A stretch of DNA of 64,000 nt from Anaeramoeba ignava BMAN (taxonomy: Eukaryota > Protista > Anaeramoebae): assembly GCA_028826165.1 (NCBI GenBank), contig JAPDFW010000136.1, forward strand, positions 868,001 through 932,000. Direction: 5' to 3'. The notes below the pieces were generated by a model. The model saw only the letters and a list, made by a program, of their open reading frames with translations, was not told the DNA's origin and searched no databases. Shown piece by piece: positions 58,067-64,000 of the stretch (its first letter is position 1; the number at the start of each line of letters is the position of its first letter). The position numbers were made by a program, and so were the translations under genes.

Positions 58067-61000
58067 TTAGTTTGATTCTAAATTATCTTCACAAATTACG
58101 TAAAAATCAATTAAATTTGATAATTTTAATTTTAAATCTTGAAGGTTTTTCAAACGAGCAATATCTTCAAAACCAATGAAATCATTAGCAAATAATTCAT
58201 TAAAAATTTCATCTTCTTTAATTGATTTAGGTTCTTTTGGTTTTTCTTTTAAATGTTTAAATAATTTACTCAAACCTCTAAATAATTTATTTTGGATATT
58301 ATATTCCAATTTTTGGAATTCTTGATTAATTATTTGTTTTTCTTGAGGTTGTGTTTGTAATTTATATTCTTGAGGCAAAACTCGAGAAGGATGATTTAAT
58401 TCTTTAACAATTTCTTGAAATAAATGAACTAATTGAGAAATTTTAATTTTCTTAAAACTTAAACATTTATCAATATTTTCTCTTACTCCTTGAAATAATC
58501 TAATTTGATTTAATTGAAATAATTCTTTATAAATGGAATTTTCTTTTTGTTCTTTTTGTTCTTTTTGATTTTGAGGTTTAATAAAATCAATAATACTAAA
58601 TTCTTTAATCTCATTAAGTTCTTGTTTTTTTTCTTTTTCTTTTTCTTTTTCTTTTTCCTTTTCTTTTTCTTCTTCTAAACATTTTTCAAAACATAAGCAA
58701 AATATCCAAAATTTTCTAATATTCTGAATGAATCTAATTCTTTAATAATATTATCTTTAATTAGCATATTGATTTTTTCATTTCCGATTTTGTTTTCTAC
58801 TTTTTCCAACATTTCTTTTTCAATAATTGGAATTGGAGGTATTTTGATTTCTGGAAGTTCTAATTTATGAACTTGAATTGAAATAAATTGTGATTCTAAA
58901 TAATCCTCTAATAAATGAAGACTTTGTGTTTCTTCAATTAAATTTTTAATAATGAATTCTTCAGTTGTTTTTGTTGTTAATTTTAAAATATTTGGGAAAT
59001 TCATTCCTTTTTTGATTTTAAATCAATTTTTTGAGCAATACAATCTTTGGGATTAATTAATAATTTTGTTGAAATTTTGGAAATTAGATTGTTGTAAATT
59101 TCAATATACTTTTCAAATATTCTTTCTAATTCAATTTAAAATTTGGAATTTGTTTGATAAATGTTTCTGTTGAAATCATTTTGCTTTTCTTAATTTCTTT
59201 TTGTAATTGTTCATAATTCCAAACTTGACAAAATTCTTCAAGATTTTCTTGATTTTCTTTTAATAAATCTTTAATTTTTGATTCTTTCTTGAATCTTTGA
59301 TTTGAATTTAATATTGCTTTGGAATATTGGAAAAATGATGGGAATTTACTTATAATTTCAAATTTTTCATAATTTTCAAAATAAAAATGAGAAATTGGAT
59401 TTTCCTTTTCAATTTGATTTTGATTTTGATTTTGATTTTGATTGAATAATGAAATAAGTTGTTCAATTCCAATTTTAGGGAAAGAATACCAACACCAAAT
59501 TTTGTTTTCTTTAGGTAAATTAGATATAATAAATTGTTTTTCTTTTTGGCTTGTTTGAATAATTTCTTTTATAATTTGATCAAATGTTTTTGTTTTCTTG
59601 TTTTTCATGTTGATTGATATTTTTTGACATTTGAGAAAATTGGATAATAATTGATTAATATTCTTTTTGAATGTTAATTTTAAATTTTTATTTTTTGGTA
59701 ATTCTTGATAAAATGATTTAGAAATCTTTTTAAGTTCTTCTCCATTTTCAATTTTTTGATTTAAAATGATTTTCTCTAATAATTCAAAAAATGATTTCAT
59801 TGAATTTGGTTCTTTTGCATTTTTTTTTAATTTTTTAATTTCTTTTCTAAGATTTTGTTCCAATGATAATATTATTTTTCTTATTTCAATTTTCTTTTCT
59901 AACAATATTGTATTTGAATTTAATTTTAAATGAAATTTTGAAATTTCTTCAAATTTTTCTTGATTAAAATTAGTTTGATTTGTAACAATATTCTTAATTT
60001 CATTTAATAATTCTTTTTCTTTTTCTTTTTCTTTTTCTTTTTCTTTTTGATTTTCATTTTGAATTTGAATTTGATTTTGATTTTGATTTGAAGTATTAAT
60101 TAAATATTCAAGATATTTTTCAGCTAATAAATTATCATATGTTTCTTTCTCATTTAATTTTATTTTTCCAAATTTCATTCCTTTTAAAATATTTGGGAAC
60201 TTGTTTTCAAAATAAAATATCATAAATCTAATAATTTTAAGAGGTAAATCTCGAATATTTTGAGATAATTTTGGTTCTTTTATAATTTCTTCTGTAAATG
60301 CTTTTAAATAATCCAATAAATTTTTTGTTGTTTCATCATTTTGATTATTATTTTCATTTTGATCATCATAATTTTCATCAAATTCACTTTTTTTCAATCT
60401 CAAAAATAAAGAATCCAAAATAAATCTTGTAATTAATTTATATACTTCTGTTATCACTTTTTTACTTTCTTCATTTGAATAACATTCAGAAATGATTTGA
60501 ATTAAAAAGTTTGGATTTGTAAATTCTTTTGATTTAAATTTTTCTCGTGAATTAGATGGAAGTTTGCAAATTATTAATAAAGTATTAAATTCAATATCTT
60601 CCCATTTTTGTAATAAATCTTCTTTTTCATATTCTAATTCTTCAATTATTTTCTTGATATTTTTTGATTTTTGGATAAATTTGTATCTTATATCTAAATT
60701 AGATTCTGTAAGTGAATTTAATTGTGAAATAACCTTTTCAATAAGTTTCTTTTTATTAAATTCAGCTTTTTCCAAAATTTCTAAATTAAGACCAAATTCT
60801 TTCAATAATGTTACACATTCAATAATTGAAATGAAATCTTTCCATTCTTTTTTCTTTTTGATTTCTATTGTTTTTGTTTCTAATTCAATTAAACTTTTTG
60901 GTTTTTCTTCTTCATTTGGAAATAATATATCATATGGATTAAATTTTCCAAATTTTTCTAATTCTTGATAAGTTTGTAAATATTTTGGAGATAATGAATA

Positions 61001-63873
61001 TTTCACAAAATCTGTAAAATAATTTATAATTAATTTTTCAATTAATTGTTTGCTATTTTTCTTTTTCTTCATTTCTTGATCAATTTCTTGAAATGCTTGA
61101 ATTGCTTTATTTTCATTTTCATTTTCATTTTGATTTTGATTTTGATTTTGATTTTCATTTTGATTTTCATTTTGATTTTGATTTTGATTTTCATTTTCAT
61201 TTTGATTTTGATTTAATTTTCTTTTTGATGAATAAAAATAAAAACTAAATGGGAATTGAATATTTTGGATTATATTTAATTTAGCGTAATTAAATTTAAA
61301 TGGTTCAAAATATTTCAAGCATATTTCCCATATTTTTTTGTTTTCTATAGTTAATGTTTTTAAATTATTAAATTGATCAATTTCTTTAATAATATTTACT
61401 AAAAATTGAACTGAAAAATTATGAATATGTCTATTGAAACTTGAATTAATTGATTCAAATGAAATTTGTGATTCTTTGTTAAGATAAATTGATTCTGTTA
61501 TTCTATCCCATTCATTTTTTATTTTCTTGCTTTTCAAACTTTCATTAAATTTTGATTTTAATAATTCTTCAAAAATTTTATCAGATTTATCAATGTTTTT
61601 GTTTAATTTTTGTAAGGATAATTGATAAATTTTATGAAATAAATTTGATTCTTGTTTTTCTTGTTTTTCTTGTTTTTCTTGTTTTTCTTTTTCTTCATAA
61701 ATTTGATCAAAAGGAAGAAGAAATGTATCAATTGTTTTAAAACCTGGATTTAAATCATCTAAATAATATATTTCCCATTTTTCTTCAAAACAAATTCCGA
61801 ATGTTTGGTTTTCACTTGATGAAAGATGAACAAAAAGAATAATAGTTTGTCTTTCTTTTTTCTCAAAATTTTCATTAGATTCAATTAAACTTTTAATATG
61901 TTGAAATGATTTCATAATGTTTTTATCTGAAGATACTTCAAATTGAATGAAAATTGCTTTTTTATTTTCTTCTTGTAAATGAGAATTAATTGAGTTATTA
62001 AAATCATCTGTTTTCTCAAAACTTGTAATATTGATTAATGTGTAATTTTTGGTTTCATTTTTACAAAATTTCTCTAAATCAAATGGTGGTGAATTTGTTA
62101 AAATAATCAAATTATTTTCCTTTTCATTTTCCTTTTTTGATATTTTATCAAGTAAATCTTTTAAATCTGATGCTGTGTTTTGACTATAATTATCCAAATC
62201 TTTTTGAAGTGTTTCTTCAAATTCATTTAGTTTTTCTTGTTGTTCTTGTTTTTGTTGTAAATGTTTTTTAAGATGAATCATTGTTCCTAATTTAGCAATT
62301 TTGTGCCAATAATTTTGATGAGGAATTGTTTTATGTTTTGTTGGTTTTGATTCTTTTTCTTGTAATTTGAATGAAAGAGAAGAAATTAAATCAGGATGGA
62401 AACCTGCTAATAATTGTGATGTTTTTGTTGATGTTATTTTTTTGATTCTTCCAAAATAATTTTGTATTTTTTGTTGATAATTTTTTCCTATCTCATTAAG
62501 AAAATCATTTGAAGTAACAAGTTGCTTTTCAAATCGATTTAAAATTGCTGGTGATAAATCTATATAAGCTCTTTCTTTAGGCATAATAACAACAATTCTT
62601 GATGCTGGATTAATAAATACTCTTGTTGTTGATGCTCTAAAACTTACATTTGAAATGCATTTATTCCCAATAACTGTATATTTTTGATTTAATACATCAT
62701 ATAATGGTTCAAATAATTGTTCTTGATTACATAAAACAATAATATTTTTATCAGCAATTAAATTGGAAACATTTTTCAAATCATGATAAGTTTGAATTTC
62801 TTTATCTTCATTGAAATATGATCCATATAAAAGTTTAATGTTTCTTTCTTTAACATCTTTTTTCAATTTTTCAATAATTAATGGAAGAATTGCTATTTCT
62901 TCACAAATTATCATTAGATGTCTTGATTTTATTTTTCGTTCATTTGGATTGATTTCTAAATTATCAGTAATTAGGTTCATTGTTGATTTTTTTTTCATTA
63001 TCTCATCATTCCAATAACCATATTTTTTTAATAATGGTTGGATAATCTCATCAAAAAATTTTTTAGGTGCTCCTCCAAAATTTCTGAGAAATGATTGAAA
63101 AACAATTCCCAAAATTTCTTGTTTTGAACATTTCTTTTTCCTATCTTTCTCTTTTTTATCTTTCATATCATATCCAATCATTTTAATTAAATAATAAAAA
63201 TCTCTTAATCCAAAGAAATTTTCCCTAATTATTCTTTCTTCACTTTCTTCAATTTTTTTGATTTTTTTTTGTTGTGCTTGAAATATTTCAAGATAAATTT
63301 CTGCAAAATTTTCTGGTATTTTGATTTCTTTTTTACTTGGTTTATATTTTGATGAAATGAAAATTGATTCAAAAATCGTTTTTCCTGTTTCTTTTAATCC
63401 TTCTTTATCTGGATCATTTTTTTGAAGGAATATTCCTCGATTTGTTTTACTTGCATCAAGTTTCCAATTTGAAATTGCAATAATTGGGAATTTTTCATCA
63501 TCACTTGTTCCATCTTGATTAGATAATTCAAGTTCTTTATGTAATACTTTTAATGGGAATTCTGGATTCATTTCTGCAAGTTCAACTTTATTTAATAAAA
63601 CAACTGGAACATTTTCTTTTCTTTGAAATTCTTGATTTTCTTGATTTTCTTGATTTTCTTGATTTTCTAAATTTGCTAAATATTCTCTTTGTTGTTGTTG
63701 ATATCTTCTTGCTTGTTCAAATATTTTTTCTATAGCTCTTGGTGTTGTTTGAGGTGAACATTGTAATGGGAAAACTCGAATTCTTTTAAGTTTTCCTTCT
63801 CTAACATATTCATTATTTGATGAATTACTTAACCAATTCTTTAAAATATCGATTGATAATGATTTTGAAGTTC
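58067..63873 (-). CDS. RNF213/mysterin-like dynein-related AAA+ protein, 3' part; 5' exons outside the window; several frameshifts between 58.4 and 59.1 kb
   Basis: The exon from 63873 reads (G)TSKSLS..FPLQCSPQTT..LAEMNPEFPLKVLH..IAISNWKLDASKTNRG..FFGLRDFYYLIK..FLRNFGG..SRHLMII..GSYFNED..LYDVLNQKY..LNRFEKQ, matching the motif order of the RNF213 AAA core. Intron (AAAATT)n at 63874-64000. Confidence 0.82.
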
Positions 63874-64000
63874 CTAATTTATTTTTAATTTTAATTTTAA
63901 TTTTAATTTTAATTTTAATTTTAATTTTAATTTTAATTTTAATTTTAATTTTAATTTTAATTTTAATTTTAATTTTAATTTTAATTTTAAATTTAATTTT

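Overview
Very AT-rich eukaryotic (protist) nuclear DNA with GT-AG spliceosomal introns and the standard genetic code. A nuclear intein, Inr-like TCATT elements next to start codons and an ankyrin-BTB expansion together suggest an anaerobic metamonad such as Anaeramoeba (inference). Left part (1-23.1 kb): housekeeping genes, namely an ABCA transporter with a ~337-aa intein in its Walker A motif, a PAS protein, an acyl-protein thioesterase, a small tail-anchored protein, an NAD-dependent epimerase, an exomer ChAP, TRM6 and a Vnx1-type cation/H+ exchanger. Many of their introns consist almost entirely of satellite DNA, and 6 of 17 traced introns end in AAG. A tRNA-Arg(TCG) and a ~160-bp satellite separate this block from the right part. 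The right part holds a degenerate Rab-like GTPase-BTB-BTB fusion and a ~21.6-kb head-to-tail array of about 11 ankyrin-BTB-BTB genes, with variable ankyrin arrays, near-identical BTB cassettes and 35-58 nt spacers. It ends with PA200/Blm10 and an RNF213-like AAA+ gene. Scattered single-base frameshifts in homopolymers and AT-eroded copies suggest long-read consensus errors in places.
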